From positions 3,040,001-3,104,000 of the forward strand of contig CAWIPH010000002.1 in the NCBI GenBank assembly GCA_963837955.1: a DNA stretch of 64,000 nucleotides. The letters run 5' to 3'. Positions within the stretch are counted from its first letter, which is position 1. Each line of letters begins with the position of its first letter. A model generated the notes under the pieces. The model saw only the letters and a program-made list of their open reading frames with translations, searched no databases and was not told the DNA's origin. Positions 19,635 to 30,447 of this stretch are shown one piece after another. Source of the DNA: an uncultured Verrucomicrobiae bacterium. Lineage in GTDB: Bacteria; Verrucomicrobiota; Verrucomicrobiia; Chthoniobacterales; JAFAMB01. Both the position numbers and the translations under genes were made by a program.

Positions 19635-22470
19635 ATGCCCCCGCCCGATACAATCTCTCCTGAGCACCGGCTTGCTTTGCCAGTCGGGTTCCAGCTTGAG
19701 GAATATCGAATCGTCAAGGTGCTGGGCCAAGGCGGATTTGGCATTACTTATTTAGCAGAAGACACCCGCATGAATCATCAGGTGGCAATTAAAGAGTTGT
19801 TGCCCACTGATTTTGCCACTCGCAGCCAGGATTACACGGTTGTTCCGCTTACGCAATCCGACGAGCCAGACCTCGCTTGGGCCAAACAGCGCTTCATCGA
19901 CGAAGCGCGCATTTTGGTGAGGTTGAACCATCCGAACATCGTCAGGTTTTTCCGCTATTTCGAACTCAATAGCACTGCCTACCTGGTGATGGAGTTTGTG
20001 CGCGGGCAGAACTTCAAAGGCTGGATGCAAAGCGCATCGGCAACCGCGCGAACAGGAGCTAAAAGCTCTGCTATTGCCGTTGCTCGATGGTCTGGAATAC
20101 GTGCATCAACAGCCTCTGCTGCATCGGGATATCAGTCCGGAAAATGTGATGATCACTGAAGCAGGGCGTCCGATGCTTCTGGATTTCGGCAGCGCGCGGG
20201 CGGCTCTGGGAAACAACCCAAAAACGGAAGTTGTCCGGCGCGGCTTTTCTCCCATCGAGCAATACCAAAGAAATAGCCCACAAGGACCATACACCGACCT
20301 CTACGCGCTTGCTGGGATCATGATCCAGGCCATCACCGGAGAAGCGCCTCCTCAATCAATCGATCGCTTCGGCAATCGCGATCCCTATGAACCTTTAACC
20401 CGGCGCTACGCTGGAAAGTACTCCCAGAGCTTTCTCCGGGCTTTGGACGCAGCCTTCGCCGCCTGGCCGGAAAAGAGGCCTCAGAGCGTCGAGCAGTGGC
20501 GCCAGATGCTGGAAGTTTCTACCCGGCCGGTAAAACGGGTTTGGCCATCCCTGATCCTGGCCGGTTTAGCAGTCGCACTTCTAATTTCTGGAGCTATTTA
20601 CTATTTCGGATTCAAAATGCCCGCTGACGAAAAAGAGCGTCAGAACAAGATTGCCCAAGAACAGGCGGCAGCACAAGAGAAGGCACGCCTGGCGAAACTG
20701 CCGAAGACTCTGGTGGTACCTGACCAATACGGCAAGATTCAGTCGGCCATTGACGCCGCCAAAGCCGGTGACACGGTCTTGGTAAGAGCAGGAGTTTACC
20801 ACGAAGCACTCAAGTTTAAGGAGGGCATCGAATTGCGCGGCGCCGACCGGGACAGTACGATCGTACGGTGGCCAGCTACGCCAGCAATAACGGATAGCCA
20901 AGCCAGCTATGCTTCGCCGCTAGAAGTTAAGAATTGTAAGAGTGGTAGCGTGAAGAACTTGACCTTCGAACAGAACCAACCCGACTTGCGATCGTTTACG
21001 CTGTTTCCGATTAACGCCGTGGAAATCTTCAACTCCTCGATCACCCTGCAGAATTCCCGCATCAGCAGCCAAGCAGGAAACGGAATCTATGTGTCCGGTG
21101 AAGACTCAGCACCAACCTTGACCGCAAACGAGTGTCACGACAATAAGCGGGACGGTATCAGTCTTGTGGCAGGGAAAGCGAAAGTACTCCAGGATATCTG
21201 TCATGAGAACGGGTGGAGCGGGATCTCAGCTTCTAACAAGGGGACGGCACCGGAGTTGGTCAACAATCGCTGCGATTCTAATAAATCTCACGGCATCCAG
21301 TTCGACAGCGGTGCAAAAGGCAAAGCCATCCAGAACGTTTGTGAACAGAACAAATATGACGGCATATTGGTATCCGGTACCGGAACTGATCCGGAGCTGA
21401 CCAGCAACCAGTGTCGAGCCAACAGCTATTTCGGAATCCAATTCTCCAATGGCAGCCAGGGCAAAGCCGACCAAAATCTTTGCGAAAAAAACCTGTATTC
21501 GGGAATAGCCCTATTCGGCACCGGAACGAACCCCGTATTGACCGGTAATCAGTGTCGGGCCAACAGCTACGATGGAATCCTGTTCTCCGATGGTAGCCAG
21601 GGGAAGGCCACCGGCAACATCTGCGAAAAAAACGACAAGAACGGTCTAAGGCTGACAAATGCTTCACCCTTTCTGAGTGGAAATCAGCTGATCCAGAACG
21701 GAGAATACGGTCTTCTCTATGACGGCGCATCTAAACCAAGTTTCGGCGTACCCAGTAAGAGTTCCGGAAACAAGGCGGGTGAACTGAGCGCGCCACCGTC
21801 TATCCCGACTCCGGCGCCTTCGCCTATTCCATCGTGGCGCTTGCCGACACCCACGCCCACGCCCAAGCCCGCACCCACATTAGATCTCAATCCGCTGATG
21901 CCGTTTCCCGATGACTTCTGGCCTTCATCGACACCGACGCCGGGCGGCACTCCCAGCTCTGCACAGGGCTATTATGATCGCGCTGAAACCGAAATCGAAA
22001 AAAAAGAATACGAACAGGCGGTTCACGACTTAACTGAAGCGATTCGGCTCAACCGAGACTACGCAGATGCCTACGACGAACGTGGAAGGGCGTATCTTTC
22101 TCTCAAGAAATATAAGGAAGCTTTCACCGATTTCGACCGAGCCGTCAGTCTCGATCCTAAAGAGCCGGCCTATTACTTCAATCGCGGCCTCGCGAACGAT
22201 GACCTTGAAAAATACGACCAAGCCATCGCCGACTATACCAAGGCAATCACACTTAAGCCTGGTTACGCACATGCTTACTCCGATCGCGGCTTCGTGTACT
22301 ACGAGCTAAAAAAATATGCCGAGGCCGTCAGCGACTATACCGAAGTAATCCGCCTCGAGCCAGACTCCGCCGATGCTTACCAAGGCCGCGGTGCCGCCTA
22401 TTCCAGACTTGGCAATGACCAACTAGCGAACCGCGATTACGCGAAAGCGAAAGAGTTACAAAAGAAATGA
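19635..22470 (+). pseudogene. Membrane Ser/Thr kinase with beta-helix and TPR ectodomain, +1 frameshift at about 20028-20031
   Basis: LGQGGFG, VAIKE and HPNIV in ORF 19635; HRDISPEN, DFG, TM, G-I beta-helix repeats, Pro linker and TPRs in ORF 19996. Confidence 0.85.
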
Positions 22471-23075
22471 AATACCCGGGGAGCCAACGCCTAGAGAAAT
22501 ATCAGAGGGCAGAGTTGATTGCAGGTGGTTCTTTCGGCCGACTCCGGTATTGATCGTTTCATTCTTCAAGATTTTGATCGCCTACCGGCTGATCTTGGAT
22601 GCACTGCGGGTTGGCGAGCCGCGCTGAATTGGAGCTGAACAGTGGTGGCAGCCAGCGCCCTAGCCCACGCTTAGCCGCCCATTCTCTGTCACAGAACCGG
22701 TTCTTTCCGCAAGAACTTGTCAGACACTCACATCGGGTTCTTGTCAGCCAAACTGACCGCCCCGCAAGAAGCGGTTCCCGTTAACTCGGTGAGATTAAAC
22801 TAACCAACAGCAAAAACACTATGCCATTCATCCAAAGATTCTTTCTGATTATCGGAATCAAGCTTGTAGCTGTTCTGCTTATATACAGCATGTCAGCTCA
22901 TCATTGACGGTTTTCGCTGGCGCGGTGAAAGTCGTGCCAGCTGAACTTCAGAACGATCAGAAGATCGTTCTGTTCTTTCAGGGATCAAATCAGAGTCCGC
23001 GATTGCCCAAGCGGTTTCGACAACCGACAGAACCACGTTCATACCAGTGAGCTCTAGGGAAGCTAGTGAACATTT

Positions 23076-23420
23076 ATGGCTAGACTACTTACACACCTAC
23101 CATTCCTCCTGTTCACTTCTGGTCTGCTTATTTTCCCGCTCTCGGCAAAAATGACCGGCAAGGAGAATGATTTCGATGCGGCAAAGAGGCTCTACAGCGC
23201 AGCCTTGCCCGACAAACCTCTTAGCGACCGCGCCGAAGCCGAAGGACTCTATAGAGAAGCCCTCCCCATCTTTCAAAAGATTCATAGTAACAGCGATCGA
23301 GAGGCGGCAACCGTCCTTCGCGATCTGCGCCGGCTGCGGAAGCAGATGCGTGACTATGCCAAGGCCATGCAATTCTATCGCGAGGCGTTGCAGATCTGGC
23401 GAACCGCGCACGGGAACTAG
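23076..23420 (+). CDS. Short TPR-repeat protein, possibly a fragment
   Basis: AEGLYREALPI and AMQFYREALQIW repeats after a signal-like N-terminus. Confidence 0.55.
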   Translation: MARLLTHLPFLLFTSGLLIFPLSAKMTGKENDFDAAKRLYSAALPDKPLSDRAEAEGLYREALPIFQKIHSNSDREAATVLRDLRRLRKQMRDYAKAMQFYREALQIWRTAHGN

Positions 23421-23536
23421 GATTTCCCGTCACAAACGGAATCCGTTTTTCAAGAACCATTCAGGCAGTCGCTAACTAAAGACCAACCAATCGGGAACCG
23501 ACCGCCGCAACAAATAAGAATTAACAACTAAAAAAC

Positions 23537-23902
23537 ATGAAGAAACAATTACTGCTAGCACTTGCCTTCTGCGCGATGTGGTTTGCACCGCAGCCCTCAG
23601 CAAAGGCCAACACTCCGATGGATTTCGTGCTGGATAACCAGACCGGTGCAGCCATTACCGAAGTGTACGTTGCACCTCACGGGGATTCATTGGGTGCTAA
23701 TTGGTTAACCGGCCCGCTACCGGACGGTTATAACACAACGATGCGATTCTTTCGCACCCCAAACGCCCGCTACTATGATATCAGGGTTGTTTACCCGAAC
23801 GGTGTTTATTGCGATTGGACAGACTTCGATTTGCTCTCGATCAAAAAGATCACGCTCTACATCGACGCGAACGGTAACCCGCACGCCGAAATGGCCCTTT
23901 AG
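23537..23902 (+). CDS. Secreted small beta-rich protein
   Basis: Signal peptide ending AKA; FVLDNQTGAAITEVYVAP..YDIRVVY. Confidence 0.75.
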   Translation: MKKQLLLALAFCAMWFAPQPSAKANTPMDFVLDNQTGAAITEVYVAPHGDSLGANWLTGPLPDGYNTTMRFFRTPNARYYDIRVVYPNGVYCDWTDFDLLSIKKITLYIDANGNPHAEMAL

Positions 23903-24257
23903 AGGCGGTTGGCGAAGCTTGGTTTGAACAGTTGGAGTTGGTTAGCGAACGGGAGTGCCAGTGCGGAATGCCGCACTGGCACATTTGCTTTTAGGGCGGT
24001 CCGAATCATTTGCCGGAAGGATCCGGCCCAGCGTAATGTTCGTCGAACCATCAGTTGAAGACGTCGGAGCAACTCAACGGCTAGTATCGAGCGACCCGCC
24101 CCTCCGAATTTTGTGGCGACAACATCAGCCATGTGATTCGTCAAACGGATACACTCCTAGCCAGCCCCGCCAGAACTTCTAACGCTGGTCGCCGCGTGGC
24201 TTTGTCCGATCCCCACCATCTTTTGGTTGAGATTGCTTGCTCCAGCGTTAAGGCTGC

Positions 24258-25865
24258 GTGATGCGGGAAGCAATCTTGTCGCTCATCTGGTTATGCTGCG
24301 TTGTGACAGCAGAAGCTCAGATCGCGGCGCCAAAACCTGAGGCCAGTTCGTCGCCGAAAAACGTGGTGGAAGCGGTAGCCGACCCGAACCGAGCCGAGCT
24401 TCATGACTTCAATCTTGAATACTTTAGTCGATCGTTCGCGTCCTGGATCGACCGCCTCAGCGTCCAGTTAAGCCAGACGCTAGGCCCTTGGAGCGAGCAA
24501 GACCTTTTTTTGAAGATCACCCCGGCCAAAATCATCCTGGGGATCATCTCGGCCCTCGTAGCTCTGGCGGTTCTGCAGATTTTTCGGTTGCTGTTAGCCT
24601 TGCTTCACCGACAGCGCCCCAGTGAATCGTCCAAGGGCTTTTGGTTTAGTGGCATTCTTCGCGCTCTGCGAAAGGCACTCGGCATTTTCTTTTGGGTCAC
24701 TGCCATTTTTCTCTTCGTCTCGCCCTTGCTTCCTCACATCGCCATCGGACTACACAACGAGGGAGTCTTTCCCCTGGTCAGCAAGCTTACGGAGCTAGGG
24801 TATTTTGCGGCGCTAATCGTCTTCTGTTACTACCTAGTCTGTCTTATCAATTCCTGGCTCGCAATTCGGGCAAAGCGAGAGCCGCGAAAGTGGTACTATC
24901 CTGCCTTCCCGTTCCTCGGGAAACTGCTCTTTTATAATTTCATCCTGATCTCGCTTCAGCTGCTTCTGTCCTTGCTTCAGCTGCCTGGATCTACCCAAGC
25001 GCTCGGCACAAAGCTCGTCTCGATCGCAACAGCCGTGGTTAACTGCGTCACCTTCATCCAGATGATCAGCGCCGTAGAAGACATGCTGATCAGTCGAACC
25101 GCCCTGCGGCAAAATGACACTTACAAATTGCGCAGTTTCAGGACGAGGTTGCGGGTGCTCCGCCAGCTACTTGTCTTCCTGGTCGTCATTATCAGCATCG
25201 GCCTGATTTTAATGAATATCGACGGGGTCCGACAGGTCGGAACTGGTTTACTCGCCTCGGCGGGCGTCGCCGGTGTCATCTTCGGGTTCGCGGCGCAAAA
25301 GTCTCTCTCCACGATTATCGCCGGTCTGCAGATCGCGTTGACCAATCCGATGAAAATCGATGACGCCGTGATCGTCGAAGGTGAATTCGGTACGATCGAA
25401 GAAATCACGCTGACTTACGTAGTCGTGAAATTGTGGGACCTGCGCCGGATGATCCTGCCGATCACCTATTTTCTGGAAAAACCGTTCCAGAACTGGACCC
25501 GCACCAGCTCGGAGTTGCTCGGAACGGTGTTCCTGTATGCCGACTTCATGATCTCAATCGATGATCTGCGCCGGGCCGGCGAAAAGATTGTCGCAACCTC
25601 GTCACTCTGGGATAAACGCGTGTACGCCGTGCATGTGACAGATTGGAAAGACCAGACGGTCGAGATTCGAATCTTGGTTAGTTCCGATACGGCTGGTCAC
25701 CTCTTCGATCTTCGCTGTGAAGTGAGAGAAAAGATTTTGTATTATCTCCAACAAAGAGATCCGAGGATGTTTCCGCATGTTCGGGCGACGCTCTTTCCAG
25801 CCGATGGCTCGGGGCCCACTCAGCAACAACCGCTCCGAACATCAAAGGAAAAACAGATCGGATAG
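24258..25865 (+). CDS. MscS-family mechanosensitive channel
   Basis: LLASAGVAGVIFGFAAQ, GTIEEITLTY, WDLRRMILP, PFQNW. Confidence 0.92.
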   Translation: MMREAILSLIWLCCVVTAEAQIAAPKPEASSSPKNVVEAVADPNRAELHDFNLEYFSRSFASWIDRLSVQLSQTLGPWSEQDLFLKITPAKIILGIISALVALAVLQIFRLLLALLHRQRPSESSKGFWFSGILRALRKALGIFFWVTAIFLFVSPLLPHIAIGLHNEGVFPLVSKLTELGYFAALIVFCYYLVCLINSWLAIRAKREPRKWYYPAFPFLGKLLFYNFILISLQLLLSLLQLPGSTQALGTKLVSIATAVVNCVTFIQMISAVEDMLISRTALRQNDTYKLRSFRTRLRVLRQLLVFLVVIISIGLILMNIDGVRQVGTGLLASAGVAGVIFGFAAQKSLSTIIAGLQIALTNPMKIDDAVIVEGEFGTIEEITLTYVVVKLWDLRRMILPITYFLEKPFQNWTRTSSELLGTVFLYADFMISIDDLRRAGEKIVATSSLWDKRVYAVHVTDWKDQTVEIRILVSSDTAGHLFDLRCEVREKILYYLQQRDPRMFPHVRATLFPADGSGPTQQQPLRTSKEKQIG

Positions 25866-25948
25866 AGAGGAGTGGTCCCGAAGGGACCCAATGAAAATAG
25901 CCCAGTACGAAGTGCTGGGAAACGGTCCAAAAGAGGTGCCGTCCCTTC

Positions 25949-27420
25949 GGGGCTTGTCGGACTTTTCAATTGGGTAGCAGATCTGGTAAAAAGGTGGATG
26001 CCAGAGCGATATGTAGTCATTGATCGGCAGACGCCGATGTTGTTGCCGGTCGATTTGCGAGATTGGGTGGCAAAGGATGATTTGGCGCGCTTGATAGCGG
26101 AGGCGGTCGATCAATGCGATCTACGGCTAGCTTGTACCAATGAGCGGGGTAGCGGTAGTGCGCAGTATCCGCCTGGAATGATGTTGGGCTTACTGATTTA
26201 CGCTTATGCGCGAGGAGTATTTTCTTCCCGGCGCATCGAACAACTCAGTTACGAAAGCCTTTCGGTGCGTTACTTGTGTGGCAACACCCATCCGGATCAC
26301 GATACCATCGCGAAGTTTCGGCGAGAGAACGGAGCGTTATTTCGAGAGTGTTTCCGTAGCGTGTTATTGTTGGCGCGGGAATTAGGATTGGTTCGAGTGG
26401 GCAAGCTAGCAGTGGATGGAACGCGACTGGAAGCCAACGCCAATCGCCATCGCTTCAGCACGCGGGAGCAATTAGAGCAAGAAAGGGCTCGAGTCGAAGA
26501 GCTCATTAGCGAGCTGATCCAACGAGGGGAAGCGGCTGATCAAGCTGAAGAGGGCGAAGCAGAGACTGAAGGCTTGCCAGCGGAGTTAGCCGATGGGCAA
26601 AAGCGCCGTAAGGCCATCAAAGAAGCTCTAGAGCGCATCAAGCAACGAGAAGCCCAGCAGCAAGCCGAAAAAGAGCAATTAGCCCAGAGCGGTCGTCAGA
26701 GCCAGGCCAAGGAGGTACGGATGAATTTGACCGATCCAGACTGTGGGATCTTACACCGTAAAGGGGCAGGTACAGTCATTGGCTATAACGCCCAAATTGG
26801 AGTCGATATCCAAGGTGCAGGCCTGATTGTGACTAATGCCGTCAGTGCCAAAGGGGGCGACGCGGAGTTATTGAACCAAGTCCTTGAGCAGCTCGCTCCC
26901 GAGTTAGGAGCAGTAAAGGAAGTGGTCGTCGATTGTGGCTATGAGAGCGGACCCAAAGCCTATGAGCTGGAAAAGAGCCTTGGCACCAAAGTCTATTATC
27001 CTCCCCGTCCGATCCAAGTCAGTGCTAGTGGACCAAAACATCGCAACAGCCATAGGCAACGCTTGGCGCGACACATGCGTTATTTAATCAAAAAACGCAT
27101 CGAGTCCCCCCACGGACAGTGGTTGCAACGTCGGCGCCAAACGGTAGCTGAGGGTGCTTTTGGTTTTATCAAACGCGCGTTGGGCTTTCAGCGCTTCAGT
27201 CTACGCGGCTTGCAAAAAGTTCAGACCGAATGGCAACTAGTCTGCTTGGCCTTTAACCTGCGCAAACTGGCCTAAAGAAAACAAAAAGGCTCTGCACCTA
27301 CCCGCAGCTCCCTTCGCGGAAAATTACGGCTTACCTCAAAGCTGATCGCAATCCTCCCCTTTACCGTCTCCCTTCCGCCAAAAAAAAGCGGAAAAAACAT
27401 CACGAAGTCCGACGGCCCCC
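25949..27420 (+). mobile_element. IS1182-family insertion sequence, copy 2 (1472 bp)
   Basis: Same ends and body as 3703-5174; one difference noticed (A3860 vs G26106). Confidence 0.9.
25998..27275 (+). CDS. IS1182-family DDE transposase
   Basis: Matches 3752-5029 except one I/V; the upstream ORF extension lies in the REP. Confidence 0.92.
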   Translation: MPERYVVIDRQTPMLLPVDLRDWVAKDDLARLIAEAVDQCDLRLACTNERGSGSAQYPPGMMLGLLIYAYARGVFSSRRIEQLSYESLSVRYLCGNTHPDHDTIAKFRRENGALFRECFRSVLLLARELGLVRVGKLAVDGTRLEANANRHRFSTREQLEQERARVEELISELIQRGEAADQAEEGEAETEGLPAELADGQKRRKAIKEALERIKQREAQQQAEKEQLAQSGRQSQAKEVRMNLTDPDCGILHRKGAGTVIGYNAQIGVDIQGAGLIVTNAVSAKGGDAELLNQVLEQLAPELGAVKEVVVDCGYESGPKAYELEKSLGTKVYYPPRPIQVSASGPKHRNSHRQRLARHMRYLIKKRIESPHGQWLQRRRQTVAEGAFGFIKRALGFQRFSLRGLQKVQTEWQLVCLAFNLRKLA

Positions 27421-27609
27421 GTAGGGACGAAAGAACCGTTGCCCCTTTACCTCCCAACGCAACTTCGCGAGTGCAGACCGTGATCGATCGTCCCTATCGG
27501 GACGGACACGTTTTTTTTACCTTTACCCAGCAATAAATTGCTGGGCTACTTTCATTGGGTCCCTTCGGGACCACTCCTCTCGGCGTACGCGCCCACCCTT
27601 ATGACCACT

Positions 27610-28902
27610 TCACCGTCTCGGATGTACCCTCGCCGCGACTTTCAGTCGCAATCCGTTCAATGAGATGAACCCGGTCGCATCAGATTGGTTGTAGGCCTGC
27701 GTCGGGTCGGCTTCCATCGTGGCAATCTCAGGATTGTACAGGCTGACCGGGCTCATTCGGCCGGCCGCAATCACGTTTCCTTTATAGAGTTTCACTCGGA
27801 CAACGCCGGAGACATGCTTTTGCGACTCAGTGACCAGCGCCTGAATCGCTTCCCGTTCCGGGGCAAACCAAAATCCATTGTAAACCAGCTCCGCGTATTT
27901 CGGGCCGAGCGTGTCACGCAGATGCATCACCTCCCTGTCCATCGTCAACGATTCGATCTGGCGATGCGCGAAAAATAGAATTGAGCCTCCAGGGGTCTCA
28001 TATACCCCACGGCTCTTCATTCCCACGAAACGATTCTCCACCATATCAACCCGCCCAATGCCATTCCGTCCGCCGAAAAAATTGAGCACCTTCATCACCC
28101 AAAACGGCGAAAGTCGGATTCTTCCTTCAGCGGTCTTAACCAGATCGCCGGTAAACCCGAGTTGGTCCAATTCGGCTTGCAAGTTTGCGTGACCCAGTGC
28201 TCGACACACGCCGCTTTCGAATTCCAATTCGAGATATTCCGGATCATTAGGAGCATCTTCTGGAGAAACGCTCAACCTATACATATCACGCATGTCGGCT
28301 GCACTGGCATCAATCCACGGATCTTCCAGAATGCCGCTTTCGTAGCTGATATGCAGGAGATTCCGATCCATCGAGTATGGCTTTTTCGCGGTAGCAGCCA
28401 CCGGAATACCATGCTGCTCCGCATAGTGGATCATCTCGGTCCGACCCGGAAATTGTTGCCGGAAAACTTCGTCGCGCCAGGGAGCGATTACGCGGATTTC
28501 CGGAGCCAGTGCCGCTACTGCTAATTCGAAACGCACCTGGTCGTTTCCTTTGCCGGTCGCTCCATGGGCAACCGCCTCGGCCTTCTCGATCCGCGTTATC
28601 TCTACCATCCGCTTCGCAATGAGCGGACGGGCGATGCTCGTCCCGAGATAGTATTGATTTTCGTAAAGCGCAGAGGCTTGAAACATCGGGAATATGAAGT
28701 CTCGCGCGAACTCGTCCCGCAGATCGTTGACGTAACACTTTGTCGCGCCGGTCCGCAGGGCTTTCTCCTCTAACCCATCCAATTCTTCTTCCTGCCCAAT
28801 GTCGGCGCAAAACGCGATTACGTCGGCCGAATAGACCTCCTTGATCCATTTCAAAATAACCGACGTGTCGAGCCCGCCCGAATATGCGACAACGATTTTC
28901 AT
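27610..28902 (-). CDS. argG: Argininosuccinate synthase
   Basis: [32 protein letters not shown]. Confidence 0.97.
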   Translation of the reverse strand: MKIVVAYSGGLDTSVILKWIKEVYSADVIAFCADIGQEEELDGLEEKALRTGATKCYVNDLRDEFARDFIFPMFQASALYENQYYLGTSIARPLIAKRMVEITRIEKAEAVAHGATGKGNDQVRFELAVAALAPEIRVIAPWRDEVFRQQFPGRTEMIHYAEQHGIPVAATAKKPYSMDRNLLHISYESGILEDPWIDASAADMRDMYRLSVSPEDAPNDPEYLELEFESGVCRALGHANLQAELDQLGFTGDLVKTAEGRIRLSPFWVMKVLNFFGGRNGIGRVDMVENRFVGMKSRGVYETPGGSILFFAHRQIESLTMDREVMHLRDTLGPKYAELVYNGFWFAPEREAIQALVTESQKHVSGVVRVKLYKGNVIAAGRMSPVSLYNPEIATMEADPTQAYNQSDATGFISLNGLRLKVAARVHPRR

Positions 28903-28912
28903 GGCCGCTGCA

Positions 28913-28947
28913 CCAATACAATAGCCAATAGCTAATAGCCAATAGCC
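28913..28947. repeat. Short heptamer tandem repeat
   Basis: CAATAGC/TAATAGC units just upstream of the argG start. Confidence 0.6.
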
Positions 28948-29048
28948 TATTCCCGGAAATTGAAGTAACGCGTTGAAGCCGTCGATCCCGGTGGGATTCT
29001 ATGATAGTAGCCCAGTCCCACGCCGCGCATGGGCGTTAACATAAGGAA

Positions 29049-29298
29049 GGATATGCGCCGAGAGGAGTCGTCCCGTAGGGACCTAATGATAGTAGCCCAG
29101 TACGAAGTGCTGGGAAATAGTGCAAAAGACACGTCCGTCCCGCCAGAGACGATAGAAGTGTATTGGCTCCCCGGTCCTCTCGTATGCGGCTTCACCAGCG
29201 TAAGCAACCGTCGATCGTCCCGTCCGGGACGGCCCGTTTTTTGAACTATTTCCCAGCACTTCGTACTGGGCTACTTTCACCCGGTCCCTGCGGGACCA
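29049..29298. repeat. Intact family A REP/REPIN element, with degenerate extra arms at about 28985-29015 and 29350-29385
   Basis: GTCCCGTAGGGAC..GTAGCCCAGTACGAAGTGCTGGG and inverted CCCAGCACTTCGTACTGGGCTAC..GTCCCTGCGGGAC. Confidence 0.85.
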
Positions 29299-29399
29299 AT
29301 CCTTTTCGCATACCTCTAAGCGCTATGTTGGCGCACGCGCTGCCGCGGGACTGGGGTTACTTTCGCGATTCCCCTGTCGGGACGGGACCATCGTCGCCG

Positions 29400-29981
29400 T
29401 CACCGACCGCGGCTTACGGTGATGTGCGGTTCCTTTAAATAAATCGGCTCGCCGAGCGGGGAATAGCAACTTTCCCTACCTAAAAGAAATCGGGCTGCAG
29501 GAGCTTTCACTTCGATTTGCGGTAACTCGGCGATTGGTCCGACAGCAAAAAGCGGAGTTCCAAGCCCATCGCCGAGCAGATTGGGTAGGCTGGCCTTTGG
29601 TAACAATTGCGGCCCCTCCGCGATCAACCCATTCGCAACCCGAGCGAAGAAAAACGACCCCCGTCGCGCATCGCCTATTACTGCGTAGTCAGTTTCAGGA
29701 AATCCAAGGATCGAGGGACAGCCAAATCTCTTGCATCCGGTCGCGAGACTTAACCCAAACGCCGTCGCCACACTTACGCGTAAACCGGTATACGAACCCG
29801 GTCCAATACCAACCACTACTTCGTCAAGTTGATCGATTAGATCGATCACGTTAGCCACTTCGGCCGCCAACTCCCCGGCACCCTGAAATCTACTTTCGCG
29901 GACTATCGCGCCATCGATTGCTAGCACCAGACTGCCTGGAGCTGCCGAATTTTCGATCACTAATTTCGTGCACCGTTTCAT
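29400..29981 (-). CDS. tsaB: t6A biosynthesis protein TsaB
   Basis: VGIGPGSYTGLRV, DARRG and P.YLK motifs; next to tsaE. Confidence 0.9.
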   Translation of the reverse strand: MKRCTKLVIENSAAPGSLVLAIDGAIVRESRFQGAGELAAEVANVIDLIDQLDEVVVGIGPGSYTGLRVSVATAFGLSLATGCKRFGCPSILGFPETDYAVIGDARRGSFFFARVANGLIAEGPQLLPKASLPNLLGDGLGTPLFAVGPIAELPQIEVKAPAARFLLGRESCYSPLGEPIYLKEPHITVSRGR

Positions 29982-30039
29982 AAGAGTCTGCCAAGCGGTT
30001 GCCGGCGCCGTGGTAGATTCCTATGAAACGGCATACTAG

Positions 30040-30447
30040 TCACCAGACAATCACCCTCTCGTTTGCAGAACTTATTTGAATTTTTACCCAGACCGCATCG
30101 GCAGGCAGCCGACTTGGGAACTTGTCCGCCCACTCGATTGCGCAGATCCCGGGCTCCCGGAGATAGTCGTCAAACCCGATCTCATCCAACTCTTTCTCGT
30201 TCTCCAACCGATAAAAGTCCATGTGGAACAATGGCAATCGAGCATTCCGATACTCATGCACCAAGCTGAACGTCGGGCTGGTCACTGAATCTGTAATGCC
30301 CAGGCCCTCGGCCATTCCTTTGACAAACTCGGTTTTGCCCGCGCCCAAATCTCCCGACAAGCCGACCACCGCGTTTTCGGGAAGTGCAAGACCGAGTTCC
30401 CGTCCAAGCGCTCGAGTCTCTTCTGGCCCATGGGCGAATCGCTTCAT
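30040..30447 (-). CDS. tsaE: t6A biosynthesis ATPase TsaE
   Basis: GDLGAGKT, VTSPTF, HMDFYRL, IEWA; ATG 30447 overlaps the thiL stop. Confidence 0.95.
   Translation of the reverse strand: MKRFAHGPEETRALGRELGLALPENAVVGLSGDLGAGKTEFVKGMAEGLGITDSVTSPTFSLVHEYRNARLPLFHMDFYRLENEKELDEIGFDDYLREPGICAIEWADKFPSRLPADAVWVKIQISSANERVIVW

Larger units (their letters stand above)
25865..27581. repeat. Family A REP/REPIN element (25865-25948 plus 27421-27581) split by IS copy 2
   Basis: Outer arm GAGAGGAGTGGTCCCGAAGGGACCCAATGAAAATAGCCCAG is a near-perfect inverted match to the arm ending at 27581. Confidence 0.85.

Noticed and set aside
3703..27420. Composite transposon bounded by the two IS1182 copies
   Set aside because: Both flanks of copy 2 belong to one REP element and the outer flanks share no duplication, so these look like independent insertions.
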